From Candidatus Poribacteria bacterium (lineage in GTDB: Bacteria > Poribacteria > WGA-4E > PCPOR2b): a DNA stretch of 64,000 nucleotides. The stretch covers positions 3,936,001 to 4,000,000 of the forward strand of contig OZ244587.1 in the NCBI GenBank assembly GCA_965218095.1, in the 5' to 3' direction. Positions 9,622-21,589 of this stretch are shown here, piece by piece. The notes under the pieces are model-generated. The model saw only the letters and a program-made list of their open reading frames with translations, had not been told where the DNA came from and ran no database searches. Each line of letters starts with the position of its first letter. Position 1 is the stretch's first letter. The position numbers were made by a program, and so were the translations under genes.

Positions 9622-10827
9622 ATGGCAAATCTAGCAATTAACGGTGGAACACCTGTTCGGACAAAACCTTACCCCTCATGGCCCACATTTGATAATCGAG
9701 ACCTCAAAACCTTTGAGGCGGTCTATCGGAGTGGAAAGTGGGGCACCGGTGGTTCAAGGGTTCCCAAGTTTGAAAAGCGTTTCGCTGAATTTCAAGATGC
9801 AAAGCACGGCGTTTGTGTCAATAGCGGAACAGCAGCTTTGTATGTCGCACTCAAAGCCGCAGGCGTTGGGCTCGGCGATGAAGTCATCACAACGCCATAC
9901 ACCTTTCAAGCAACGGTCGTTGCTATCCTGATGGCAAATGGAGCGCCGGTGTTCGTCGATACGTTGCCCGATGGATTTAACATCGACCCATCGAAGATCG
10001 AACCCGCAATCACACCGAAGACAAAAGCCATCCTGCCGGTTCACATTGCTGGCTATCCTGCCGATATGGACGCGATTATGGAAATCTCCAATCGACACAA
10101 CCTCATTGTGGTTGAGGACTGTGCGCAGGCACACGGCGCGGAATGGCGTGGCAGAGGAGTTGGTGGTTGGGGACATTTCGGTTGTTTTAGCTTTCAGTCA
10201 TCCAAAAACCTGTGTGCCGGAGAAGGCGGTATCGTTTTGACCAACGATCGAAAGCTATATGAACGTGCCTGGGCGATTCACAACTGCGGGCGCACGCCTC
10301 CTGGGTCGGAATTTGATACAGAGCCACTTGGCGGGAATTTCCGGATGACCGAGTGGCAAGGTGGGTTACTGCTCTCACGCCTGGATAGACTTGATGAGGA
10401 GGTCAATCTGCGCAATACGAATATGCGACTTTTGGACCAGGGGTTAGGGGAGATTCCCGGCATCAAGGTGACGCCGCTCGATCCACGCGCAACTCGTGGC
10501 GGTTGTCACGGCTACAAAGCGATTTTCGATTCAGAGGAGTTTGAAGGCATCTCCCGCGAAGATTTTCTCCAAGCGATGCGGGCAGAAGGTATTCCGATGG
10601 GGCATTGGTATACAACGCCGATGTATCGACAGACGCTCATGGGTTCAGATCTCCTGAGTGCAAAGCTCGACTATTCAAATGTCTCCTGTTCAGAGGCTGA
10701 AACACTGTGTGAAAATGGTCTGGCACTGAGCCAGAGCATTTTGATGGGAAGCCAAGAAGACATGGCTGACATCATCACAACGGCAACTAAGGTACGTCGC
10801 TACGTGGGGGAGTTGGCAGAATCTTGA
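9622..10827 (+). CDS. DegT/DnrJ/EryC1/StrS PLP-dependent aminotransferase
   Basis: EDCAQAHGA, FSFQSSKNL, GEGG. Confidence 0.9.
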   Translation: MANLAINGGTPVRTKPYPSWPTFDNRDLKTFEAVYRSGKWGTGGSRVPKFEKRFAEFQDAKHGVCVNSGTAALYVALKAAGVGLGDEVITTPYTFQATVVAILMANGAPVFVDTLPDGFNIDPSKIEPAITPKTKAILPVHIAGYPADMDAIMEISNRHNLIVVEDCAQAHGAEWRGRGVGGWGHFGCFSFQSSKNLCAGEGGIVLTNDRKLYERAWAIHNCGRTPPGSEFDTEPLGGNFRMTEWQGGLLLSRLDRLDEEVNLRNTNMRLLDQGLGEIPGIKVTPLDPRATRGGCHGYKAIFDSEEFEGISREDFLQAMRAEGIPMGHWYTTPMYRQTLMGSDLLSAKLDYSNVSCSEAETLCENGLALSQSILMGSQEDMADIITTATKVRRYVGELAES

Positions 10828-10883
10828 TTGATTATGTTTTTCACGCTTTGTATTAACCCAAGTTGCCACCTATAAGCAGGTAG

Positions 10884-11051
10884 AAACTCGATTTTGAAAG
10901 CAACTCACTCGAAGATGAGTTTGCTCAACCCCGATAAGATCGGGATTCAAAGCAACTTGAGGCGAAAGACAGCGCCGAGAACGACCTCGCTACGCTGAAA
11001 TCGCAACTCGGAAAAGGAATAGAATCAGATACTGAGACAAAAGATGCGTAA
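10884..11051 (+). pseudogene. C-terminal relic of a PspA/IM30-like protein interrupted by a 27-bp insertion
   Basis: SLEDEFAQ[insert with TAA]LEAKDSAENDLATLKSQLGK. Confidence 0.55.
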
Positions 11052-11101
11052 ACGTAAAGGTGAAATATCTGACGTTTTACGCCTTTTCAAAGGAGGGTCT
11101 C

Positions 11102-12184
11102 ATGGCTCAACCCAAGGGCGAGGCATTTCGTGTCATTCACGAGAGCAAACCTAAACACACCTATCGCAGTGCAGTTGTCGGATGTGGCAGAATGGGCAGC
11201 ACAATTGATGATGAACATATCGGAATGCCACACTACCCCTGGCCGTGGGCACACGCCCCGGCAATGATTGAAGCGCGGGGCGTAGATCTACTTGCTGCGG
11301 CCGATGTGGATCAAGCAAAACTAAATGACTTCAAGCGGCGTTGGGGCGTCGAAGCCCTTTACACCGACTATCGAGAGATGGTCAAAAAGGAGCAGCCAGA
11401 CATCGTCTGCCTAACGACCCGTCCCGAACCCCGTGCAGAGGTCACTATCGGCTTGGCAGAAGCCGGCGTCAAGGCAATCTATGCCACGAAGCCGATGTGT
11501 CGCACCCTCGCCGAAGCGGACGCAATGATCGACGCCTGCCACAAGCACGGGGTCATCCTCGCTATTGCGTGTCATCTCAACTGGTACAACTGGTACACAA
11601 ACGCTCGTCAAGCAATCGCCGACGGAACCATCGGCAAATTGAGATCGATGTTCTGTCACAGCCCATCCAGCCTCTCGAATCTGCATAGCCATACGCTCGC
11701 GCTCTTTCGCCTGTTTGCCGGTGCCCCGGCAAAGTGGGTCTTTGGCGTGATGGACAGCGAAGAAGGCGCAGCCGGAGATCGCGACCTCTCGGGCTCGGGG
11801 TATATCGTCTACGAGAACGGTGTCCGCGCTGTCATGAATACCCAATCTGAAACTTCAGGGCACACATGGACACTCGAATTTATCGGTGAGAAGGGGCGTA
11901 TCGTTTCACGCAACGCCCACGCCCAGTTCGAGCTATGGAGTACCCATCCAGAGACGGGTGGGCCTATCCAGTGTCAGTTTCCCAACCCTTGGTATCCGCG
12001 GAGTTCAATGGTGGACGCAGTCGAAGGCGTTTGCAAATCTCTTGAGGCCGGAGAAGAGCGAATCTGTCCGGGTGAATTTGGCAGGGAGGCTCTGGAAATC
12101 GCCATTGCTCTACGCGAATCCCATCGCCGCGGCAATGTGCGGGTCGATCTGCCACTGGAGGATCGAAGCCTGCGGATGGGGTAA
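11102..12184 (+). CDS. Gfo/Idh/MocA oxidoreductase
   Basis: VVGCGRMG Rossmann motif; ATKPM variant of EKP. Confidence 0.85.
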   Translation: MAQPKGEAFRVIHESKPKHTYRSAVVGCGRMGSTIDDEHIGMPHYPWPWAHAPAMIEARGVDLLAAADVDQAKLNDFKRRWGVEALYTDYREMVKKEQPDIVCLTTRPEPRAEVTIGLAEAGVKAIYATKPMCRTLAEADAMIDACHKHGVILAIACHLNWYNWYTNARQAIADGTIGKLRSMFCHSPSSLSNLHSHTLALFRLFAGAPAKWVFGVMDSEEGAAGDRDLSGSGYIVYENGVRAVMNTQSETSGHTWTLEFIGEKGRIVSRNAHAQFELWSTHPETGGPIQCQFPNPWYPRSSMVDAVEGVCKSLEAGEERICPGEFGREALEIAIALRESHRRGNVRVDLPLEDRSLRMG

Positions 12185-12324
12185 TTGATGGGAGAAATAT
12201 ATGAGACCAGCATCAACACTAGCGTCCAGCGAAAGACCCGATGATGGCGAAAACGAAAAACGGTTGCGTTCCACGCAGGAAATAGCGTACGCAGCGGTCT
12301 GAGCGCGTCCGATTCGCACAGATA

Positions 12325-12651
12325 TCAATCGTAACTAAAATCATCAGGTGCTTTCTTCTTTTCGATTATCTTAACAAGGTGATAGGCATATCGCCCCACA
12401 TCCTGTATCTCCGTACCACGGTCTTCCAATCTAACCTCAAGTGTATAAATAAACCCCGGTTCAAAATCAAAGCCCTGAATAGCCTCGTAGAAGAATTCCC
12501 AGCGACTTGAGTCCTCGTTGTACACCAGAAAGCAATCTTGTTCAATAAAACCCTGACACTGCTGTGTGTAAGGGCCAAGCGTGATAATCTCGGTATCTTC
12601 CTCGCCGCAAGCAAACAAAAACAGCAAAGCAAGCATCGGTAAAAATCTCAT
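12325..12651 (-). CDS. DUF4377-like lipoprotein
   Basis: Lipobox LFAC; two Cys; WEFFYEAIQGFDFEPGFIYTLEV. Confidence 0.75.
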   Translation of the reverse strand: MRFLPMLALLFLFACGEEDTEIITLGPYTQQCQGFIEQDCFLVYNEDSSRWEFFYEAIQGFDFEPGFIYTLEVRLEDRGTEIQDVGRYAYHLVKIIEKKKAPDDFSYD

Positions 12652-12945
12652 TTCCGTATCTCCAAAAAAAACGGATGAAATTAAGAAGGACATCTTAAGC
12701 CCCAGCGATCGGTGGCGCGGATTTCATTCCATGACAGGCGCGCATTGTCGAGCATTTCTTTTTAGTATGTCGATTTTCCAAAATCGACATGCTATGCTGA
12801 GATATGAATCTCGACCTACTAACTGGAATAGGTAGCAACTTGGGTTAATTTTATAGTGGGAACGGAGTGGAGTGAGATGCAACGCACAAGAAACGCGCTT
12901 ACTACTAACGGTTGGAAAGAAGATGGGGTTTATTGGAGGGGAAAT

Positions 12946-12980
12946 AAAAATGGAGGGCAAAGAAAATCTCTGCCCTCCAT
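12946..12980 (-). terminator. Rho-independent terminator of groEL
   Basis: atggagggca...tgccctccat followed by T5 on minus strand. Confidence 0.8.
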
Positions 12981-13021
12981 ATCTGCTTGTAATTTCAGAA
13001 TCTGCTTGTAATTTCAGACAC

Positions 13022-14710
<1,689 letters not shown>

Positions 14711-15001
14711 TTAGCCAATCTTTGCCAAGATGTCATCTTCGCGCAGAATCAGCAATTCTTCATTTTCATACGTCACTTCAGTACCAGAGTACTTCCCAAA
14801 CAGGATTTTATCTCCAGTTGCGACATCAATGGGTTGCCGATCGCCATTGTCAAGCAAGCGACCTTTCCCAACAACGATAACTTCCCCTTCTTGGGGCTTT
14901 TCTTTGGCAGTGTCAGGAATAATAATCCCGCCACTGGTTGTCTGTTCGTCCTCTTCAGTGCGTCGGATTAAAATCCGATCGCCTAGCGGCGTGAGCGCCA
15001 T
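14711..15001 (-). CDS. groES: Co-chaperonin GroES
   Basis: [24 protein letters not shown]. Confidence 0.98.
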   Translation of the reverse strand: MALTPLGDRILIRRTEEDEQTTSGGIIIPDTAKEKPQEGEVIVVGKGRLLDNGDRQPIDVATGDKILFGKYSGTEVTYENEELLILREDDILAKIG

Positions 15002-15095
15002 ATCCCTTTCTCCTTTCTTGCGTTTGAATCAATGAACCTAAAGTTCGGATAGATTATCCACCTTCAAAATAGTAAGCAATAGCTTCAAAATAGTA

Positions 15096-15111
15096 AGCAA
15101 TAGATATGCCA
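15096..15111 (-). promoter_or_regulatory. sigma54 (-24/-12) promoter candidate for groESL
   Basis: Minus strand TGGCATATCTATTGCT fits TGGCAC-N5-TTGCW with correct GG-N10-GC spacing. Confidence 0.65.
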
Positions 15112-15222
15112 CCCTGCTATCACTGAGTTATCCCGCTGCAGATGACATTTTGGCACAATAATAATCGAGACAAAATGCCACTATCCTTGCCTTCTATTAC
15201 ATTCGTGTCAATTTGTCACATG

Positions 15223-16206
15223 CTAAAAGGGGCATCGAACGGCTTTACCGGTTTGATTCGATTCGTAAGCAGCCGCAAGGATCTGATTGGCACGCAGCCC
15301 ATCGAGTCCTGTGACAATTGGTTGTTCGCCTTCAGTCGCACACCGTGCGAAATGCTCAAATTGGAATTGGTAAAGATCTTCATACCGAGAGGCGATGATG
15401 TGACACTCGTTGTCGAGGAAGGTCTTGATTTTCCAACCATCATCATCATAGACCAGTACCCACCCCTGTGTACCGTAGACTTCAATGACGAGATCGCAGC
15501 CGGCAGCAGCAAAGCTGGTGTCGGTGAATCCCTGAGCGCCGTTCTCAAAACGCATCATGATTGTTCCAGTCTCTTCGACATCATAACGATGAATGGTGCT
15601 GTTGCAGAAGGCGCTGACTTCGCTGACCTCTCCGATGATGTAACGCAAGAGATCGACGCCGTGCACCCCGAGGTCCATCAGACAGCCGCCGCCAGCTTGG
15701 TCAGGGTTCCCCCGCCATGTCCCTTGAGGAATTGGGGAAGATTTGAGAAGCGGCATCCGCCCATGAACGATTCGCCCTAAGCGTCCTTCATTAACCCAGT
15801 TTCTGATCTGTTGGAAGCAAGAGTGAAAGCGAAACAGAAAGCAGATCTGTAGATGTACGTTGTTCGCTTCGCAGGCATCGATCATCCGCTGGCACTCTTC
15901 AGAATTCATCGCCATCGGTTTGTCGCAGAGAACATGGAAGCCCCGTTCGGCAGCTTGGATCACTTGCCCGCAGTGCAGATACACAGGTGTTGAGACATAA
16001 ATCGCATCCAACTCTGAATCTGAAAGGAGATCATCAACGGTTGTGTAATACATCTGTGCCCCATGTTCTGTCGCGATGCGCTTGGCACGCTCTGCGTCTC
16101 TGGAGAACAGGGCGTGAAGTTCCGCTCCTTTCGCCTTATTGATTGCTGGGATAGCTCGGCGTTGGGCCACACTCCCCGCGCCAAGCACTCCCCATTTCAG
16201 CGCCAT
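15223..16206 (-). CDS. Gfo/Idh/MocA oxidoreductase
   Basis: GVLGAGSVA, CDKPMA, GGGCLMDLGVH. Confidence 0.9.
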   Translation of the reverse strand: MALKWGVLGAGSVAQRRAIPAINKAKGAELHALFSRDAERAKRIATEHGAQMYYTTVDDLLSDSELDAIYVSTPVYLHCGQVIQAAERGFHVLCDKPMAMNSEECQRMIDACEANNVHLQICFLFRFHSCFQQIRNWVNEGRLGRIVHGRMPLLKSSPIPQGTWRGNPDQAGGGCLMDLGVHGVDLLRYIIGEVSEVSAFCNSTIHRYDVEETGTIMMRFENGAQGFTDTSFAAAGCDLVIEVYGTQGWVLVYDDDGWKIKTFLDNECHIIASRYEDLYQFQFEHFARCATEGEQPIVTGLDGLRANQILAAAYESNQTGKAVRCPF

Positions 16207-16502
16207 GATGAACCTCCTCGGTGATCAGGTATGTCAGAAAGCAGGATGCTCGCTTTCACACATCACCAGAATAGTATTATACCCCAATAGGTCGTAACTT
16301 ACACTGCTCTGTAAATTTAGTTTTGGCTATTGGAGTAGAGCGGGTCCGATTTTCAATCAAGACAGGCACGGCTCCCCGTTCATCTGTAGTTGGGAGAAAC
16401 GCTTTCGAACCCCGATCCATCAAGGCTCTACAGTACCCTTAATGAAATAGTACCCTTAATGAAATTTTACAAAGCACTACCGCCCGTATCGGAATTTTTC
16501 TG

Positions 16503-16531
16503 TTGAGAATAATGGCACAAACTGGTATAAT
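16503..16531 (+). promoter_or_regulatory. sigma70 promoter candidate for rpsU
   Basis: TTGAGA-N17-TATAAT with TG extension. Confidence 0.55.
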
Positions 16532-16769
16532 AAAAAACTGCATTTCACAAAATTAAACTTGGGGTTTTAGTGCTAGGAAGTGTATCAGAGGTGCTTTGCA
16601 TTCATGATTAGATGTCAGCTTAATCAGATCGGTGTGGAAATGTTGGGAAGATACTGGAAACATATTGTTCCACCAATATCCAAGCAGGTATATATATCGT
16701 TAATAGCTACAGCCCTTTCGCTGCCAGTTGCTAAAATGCTAGGAACGAAAGGGGGATAGGTTTGATATA

Positions 16770-16970
16770 ATGATTCACGTCAAAGTTAATCCAAACGAAA
16801 CACTTGATAAAGCCCTGGCCCGATTTAAGAAAATATGCAGCAAGGCAGGTATCGTCACGGAAATTAGGAGACGTAGTTTTTATGAGAAGCCAAGCGAAAA
16901 ACGACGTCGTTTAGAATTAAAACGGCTACGGAAAAGCAAACTCCGTACCTTTAACACCAGGCACCGATAA
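16770..16970 (+). CDS. rpsU: 30S ribosomal protein S21
   Basis: ETLDKALARFKK...EIRRRSFYEKPS. Confidence 0.93.
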   Translation: MIHVKVNPNETLDKALARFKKICSKAGIVTEIRRRSFYEKPSEKRRRLELKRLRKSKLRTFNTRHR

Positions 16971-17207
16971 TAAACTTAACTAGCCTCATTGGCATCGCAG
17001 TTGCAACGATTATCGAATTGGCAGATTTTCTGCAACCTTAGAACCTGGATCGAAGGGCATACATGATCTGCTCAATGGCACAATCTACAGAGGTTCCATT
17101 GGGTCAGCGTGTATGCCCTTTGTATTTGCCACTCAGATCTCCAGATTAACGGGGTCATTTTTCGTCCGCCACTTTGCCCCGTTTATACCCGGTGTGTCAC
17201 GCGACGC

Positions 17208-17237
17208 AAAAAGCCCGCCGAAAAGTGGCGGGCTTTT
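17208..17237. terminator. Bidirectional terminator between rpsU and the DisA fragment
   Basis: aaaaagcccgcc-gaaaagt-ggcgggctttt. Confidence 0.8.
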
Positions 17238-17242
17238 CCAAC

Positions 17243-17869
17243 TTAATCGGAGGGAGCGAGGGGAGGAAAATCATGGTCCCAATCATCTCTCCTCCGAAAC
17301 TTCATACGCATCAATTCATTTTTGATCATTGCAGCGCGAACTTCTCCAACGCCTTCAACCGCTTGCAAATCTTCTATCGTCGCATCATAGATGGCGCTAA
17401 GGGTTTGAAAGGTTTTAACCACATTCTCGATTACGTTCATCGGCAGGCGGGGAATTTCGTTGAGCATCCGATAACCACGGGGTTCCGTCGGCTCGATGTG
17501 ACCGGCAACATCGCGCGGAAAGCCGAGGGCAACACAAATGTTACCACGATCTGCCAGGGCCTGGGCGTCGAGTTTGAAGATTCGATCGAAAATCTCTTTC
17601 TCTTCTCGTTGCTCTTCTCGTTGCTCTTCTCGTTGATCTGCGCAGTAGTAGTCACGAACCACCAGGTGCGCTTCTTCCACTTCGGTATCTAACTCTGGGG
17701 GACGGAGTTGCAGGGATTGTGCCTCTGTTCCTAACTCAATCCGATAACGATTCAGATCCATCTCTGTCCGACGTACCATCTCGTTGCGCTGAATCACTGT
17801 AACAACGTCTGCAAATGTCACCGAACCATGCAATTCGGCATGATGGAGTTTCTCCATTGCTGAACTCAA
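17243..17869 (-). CDS. DisA-like linker plus helix-hairpin-helix region lacking the diadenylate cyclase domain (possible pseudogene)
   Basis: VIQRNEMVRR...YRIELGTE, PRGYRMLNEIPRLP, LQAVEGVGEVRA; no DGA or RHR DAC motifs. Confidence 0.75.
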   Translation of the reverse strand: MSSAMEKLHHAELHGSVTFADVVTVIQRNEMVRRTEMDLNRYRIELGTEAQSLQLRPPELDTEVEEAHLVVRDYYCADQREEQREEQREEKEIFDRIFKLDAQALADRGNICVALGFPRDVAGHIEPTEPRGYRMLNEIPRLPMNVIENVVKTFQTLSAIYDATIEDLQAVEGVGEVRAAMIKNELMRMKFRRRDDWDHDFPPLAPSD

Positions 17870-18193
17870 CCCTTATAGTGAACGATTCAACCAAAGATAA
17901 TCCAATTGTATCCAAATATAGGCGCCATACATCAAGATTATAGCACTATTGCAATGGCTCGTCGAGGAGATTGAAATCGTAATCGTGGCGCATTCATTCT
18001 TCAATCGAAATGGCATTAATTGTAATAGTCAACATTAATTGTAATAGTCAAGAGGATGCTTGACACTGCTCCCGATGGATTGGCAAAAATCCATCGGCTA
18101 TGGCGTGGATTTGTCAATGGCTCGCATCCCGATCCATCGGGTCCACGCCGAGTGGGGTGTCGATCATCATGTTGACCACTACACGAAATGGCA

Positions 18194-19576
18194 TTAATCT
18201 ATCAACCGAGCATTGTACTGGCGCGGTGTGTGGCGGTAGCCACGAAACGCTGGGGGATGGAGAGGCGGTGGGGTATAGATGTAGATTGCATCACTGTATG
18301 GGTCGTACAAGATTACCCCCTCGCGTTCATCGCCACAGACATCTGCGGGAAAGCAATGATACCATCCCATCTTGCCACCCGTTGGCGGCGGCAGTCCCGG
18401 GAACGTCACGACTTTGCGTCCGAAGCCATCATAGAGCGCGGCAGGACTGTAAATCAGGTCAGCCGCACCCTCGCCGTTCCAACGAATGATTTCCAAGCCG
18501 GTGTTATTGGGGGACGCATCAACGCGAAATCGACTGAGCACCCCACCGCTGTTACTCACAACCATCAGATCCGGATGATGCCCATTGTAACGGATGATAA
18601 GTTCAGGCCCCGGCGAATCGAGTCGAACATCGCCGTGACGGATCTCCTGTCCATGTGGCACGAGCTCTTCGCCGAGTTTGAGCAGGGTATTTCCACGCCC
18701 ATCAAGAACCTGTCCCCAACCAGACAAGATTGCCTCCTTCCCGTTGCTTTCATCCCCATCCCACTCTTCAACCAAGACGGCATCCATGTTATCGCCAAGG
18801 TATTTTTCCCACAACACACTGCCATCGTAAGCTAGACCAAAATGCCCACCATTCACCTCATCTATCCCATCGCCATCCAGATCCCCGACAGCAGGGATGT
18901 AAGCGGAATGTTTGGCGTAACGATACCATTTATTTGTGTACCGCCACAAGATGTCGAGTTCATGGTTAAAAGCGAACAGATCATTGCCGAGTTTGACAAC
19001 AAAGTCCTGCGGTTGCGCATTGCCGGAAAAGTTAGCAATCATCAGGCGATGATGGGCATAGTTGGCGATGTGAAGCTCGCCATTGATATAAGCGTTACAG
19101 CAGCGAAGTTCAGCCGGCGCAGTTTTCTTTTTGATTTCACCTGTTTTTCCATCTAAGATGACCAGATCAATCGCATCCAGATTCCATTTGCTCGTGCGTT
19201 TCACATCAAAATCGATTAAGAAGCAGATGACTTCTAAACAGCCATCTTGATCGATGTCGTAGACCGCAACGGGCCCGGGGCGATCCGGAGGGCGTGTGCG
19301 AAGCGTGCCTGTCCCGTCGGCATCCGCGACACCGAAATTTTTATCGCCGATTGACCAGATTGGCTCGCCACCGAGCGTGAATGCACCGAGAAAGCACGGC
19401 TTCATGCCGCCCAAGGATTTGTAGACGAGGAAATCGACAACGCCATCGCCCGTGAAATCGCCAATGCGGATGTCTCCCCCCCACCGTTCACCTGAATCTT
19501 CAGAGATGAAACCATCAGGAATGAGAATTTTTTTATGAAGCGTCGCGCCTTCTGGAACTGGAAAATTATCATTCAT
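18194..19576 (-). CDS. Beta-propeller protein with FG-GAP-like Ca-binding repeats (rhamnogalacturonan lyase 11-like)
   Basis: GDFTGDG, YDIDQDG, GDLDGDGIDE, ADVCGDERE. Confidence 0.6.
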   Translation of the reverse strand: MNDNFPVPEGATLHKKILIPDGFISEDSGERWGGDIRIGDFTGDGVVDFLVYKSLGGMKPCFLGAFTLGGEPIWSIGDKNFGVADADGTGTLRTRPPDRPGPVAVYDIDQDGCLEVICFLIDFDVKRTSKWNLDAIDLVILDGKTGEIKKKTAPAELRCCNAYINGELHIANYAHHRLMIANFSGNAQPQDFVVKLGNDLFAFNHELDILWRYTNKWYRYAKHSAYIPAVGDLDGDGIDEVNGGHFGLAYDGSVLWEKYLGDNMDAVLVEEWDGDESNGKEAILSGWGQVLDGRGNTLLKLGEELVPHGQEIRHGDVRLDSPGPELIIRYNGHHPDLMVVSNSGGVLSRFRVDASPNNTGLEIIRWNGEGAADLIYSPAALYDGFGRKVVTFPGLPPPTGGKMGWYHCFPADVCGDEREGVILYDPYSDAIYIYTPPPLHPPAFRGYRHTPRQYNARLID

Positions 19577-19870
19577 GGTTTGCTGCTATCCTTGTCAAGA
19601 ACCGGCGCCCACGCTGGCGTTTGAATCAACCCCAAGCGGCCTTGGTCTTGATACATCGGTACGCTTCTACTCGACCCCGATAGATTCGGGGCAATTGGAT
19701 TTTACGTAAAAAACTAATGACTAGAGCATCACGGCAAAGGTTTCGACCCCGTAAGGGATGGTGACCCTTGCGAAGGTTTGAACCCTTCGCAAGGTTTCTC
19801 GTCCCGTAAGGAGCTCCTTAACAAAGCTGCTGTGATTAATGATGTTCCCTTTTCAGATTTTGGTCGAATT

Positions 19871-21250
19871 TTATAAGCGATCTTGTTGGCTTAACCGCTG
19901 CAGTAGCTTGCAGTAGGCCTTCTGCCCACGCTCAAAGCTAATGAGCCGGAAGAATTCGTCCGGGGCGTGTGCATTTTCATCCTCCAACGCAAAGGCAAAC
20001 ACCACTGTATAGACATCCAGTTTATCTAGGAAGAAGCTGCATACCGGAAGGGTACCACCGAGCCTGGTGTAATACGGTGCTTTTCCGTACACCTCTTCGA
20101 GTACAGCGTACGCAGCCTGGTTGCCCGGATGATCGTCCGGTATCCGGTAGGCCGGGGATGGAGCAGATTGCGGGCTGACCATTATCTTTACGCCCAGAGG
20201 CGCATACTTTGCTATATGAGCGGCAATCCGTTCAAAGATTTTGCTGGGTTCCTGGTCAGGAACCAGGCGGCAGGTGATTTTGGCATGGACTTCCCTCGGG
20301 ATGACGGTCTTGGTCCCCTCGCCCTGAAAGCCGCCCCAGATTCCGTTCGCTTCAAGCGTCGGGCGCCCCCATGCCCGCTCAAGGGTCGTGTAGCCGGGCT
20401 CGCCGAAGACATCGTCCACGCCGAGTTGTTGCTTGTATTCCGCCTCGTCGTGGGGAATCGCGGCGATGTGCGCCCGATCTGCGTCAGTCAGTGGAATGAC
20501 ACCATCGTGGAAACCTTCGACCAAGATCCTGCCATCGGGACTGCGCATGGAGTCCAAGAGTCGCACCAGGGCGTGGATGGGGTTCTGGACGGTTCCCCCA
20601 TAGATGCCGGAGTGCAGGTCCACGTTGGCGCCCTCAACGTCGATCTGTAGAGCACACAGTCCCTTGAAGCCAACGAGCAGCGCCGGCTGGTCTTCGCGCC
20701 ACTGCAATCCATCGGCGCTGACCACTAGATCACATGCGAGCAATTCTCGATGTTCGTCTATAAAGGTAGGGAGATGTCCGCTGCCGATCTCCTCCTCACC
20801 TTCAAAAAAGAACTTTAGGTTGACGGGCAAATGCCCCTCCACCTTGAGCATCGCCTCGGCGGCGATGATGGGGATGAGCATATTTCCCTTGTCATCCGAA
20901 GCCCCACGGGCGTACACTCTGCCGTCTCGCACGACCGGCTCAAAGGGCGGATGAGACCAGAGATCGACTGGGTCAACCGGTTGCGTATCAAAGTGCCCGT
21001 AGATTAGAATTGTTGGCTTGCCGGGGGCGTGCAGCCACTCGCCGTAGACCACCGGAGGGCCATCGGTTGGCAGGATGCGTACGTCTTCGATGTCGGCTGC
21101 CTTCATGCGGTCTGCAACCCACTCGGCGGCGCGTCGCACGTCCCCGGCGTGCTCGGACAGCGCGGAGATACTGGGGATGCGGATAAAGTCCAGCATCTCA
21201 TCCAGAAATCGAGATTTGTGATTTTTCAGGTAGTTTTCCCAATCTGCCAT
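19871..21250 (-). CDS. M20-family dipeptidase
   Basis: YGHFDTQP, RGASDDKG, EGEEE, DLHSG, HAPDE. Confidence 0.9.
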   Translation of the reverse strand: MADWENYLKNHKSRFLDEMLDFIRIPSISALSEHAGDVRRAAEWVADRMKAADIEDVRILPTDGPPVVYGEWLHAPGKPTILIYGHFDTQPVDPVDLWSHPPFEPVVRDGRVYARGASDDKGNMLIPIIAAEAMLKVEGHLPVNLKFFFEGEEEIGSGHLPTFIDEHRELLACDLVVSADGLQWREDQPALLVGFKGLCALQIDVEGANVDLHSGIYGGTVQNPIHALVRLLDSMRSPDGRILVEGFHDGVIPLTDADRAHIAAIPHDEAEYKQQLGVDDVFGEPGYTTLERAWGRPTLEANGIWGGFQGEGTKTVIPREVHAKITCRLVPDQEPSKIFERIAAHIAKYAPLGVKIMVSPQSAPSPAYRIPDDHPGNQAAYAVLEEVYGKAPYYTRLGGTLPVCSFFLDKLDVYTVVFAFALEDENAHAPDEFFRLISFERGQKAYCKLLQRLSQQDRL

Positions 21251-21589
21251 AGGTTTTTCCTTTCCTCACGTTTGTCCCTTATACGAGTGAAGTGGCGCCT
21301 CGTCGTTTGGTGACCGGGGTTTGGTGGGCTGTACCTCCGTAAAAAGTAAAGAGAAACGCTAAAATCAGCCAGTTTCTATGGATTTGAACACGCACCATAA
21401 TACACGTCGGCATAAATTACAATCCCCAGCCCCCTCTGCATTTCCTTCCTTGCCCCTACCCCCTGGTGCCCAAACTTTAGGGTTCAGGGGGTTTGCCTGG
21501 TAGCGATACGTATGAAGTTAGGGCGCTCGTGTCATGGTGCATTTCAAGCGCCTGCGAATTGATTCGCAGGGCGTCAGGCGGGCTTAAAT

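Noticed and set aside
16513-16528. sigma54 promoter at tggcac upstream of rpsU
   Set aside because: No TTGC at the -12 position; a sigma70 match overlaps it
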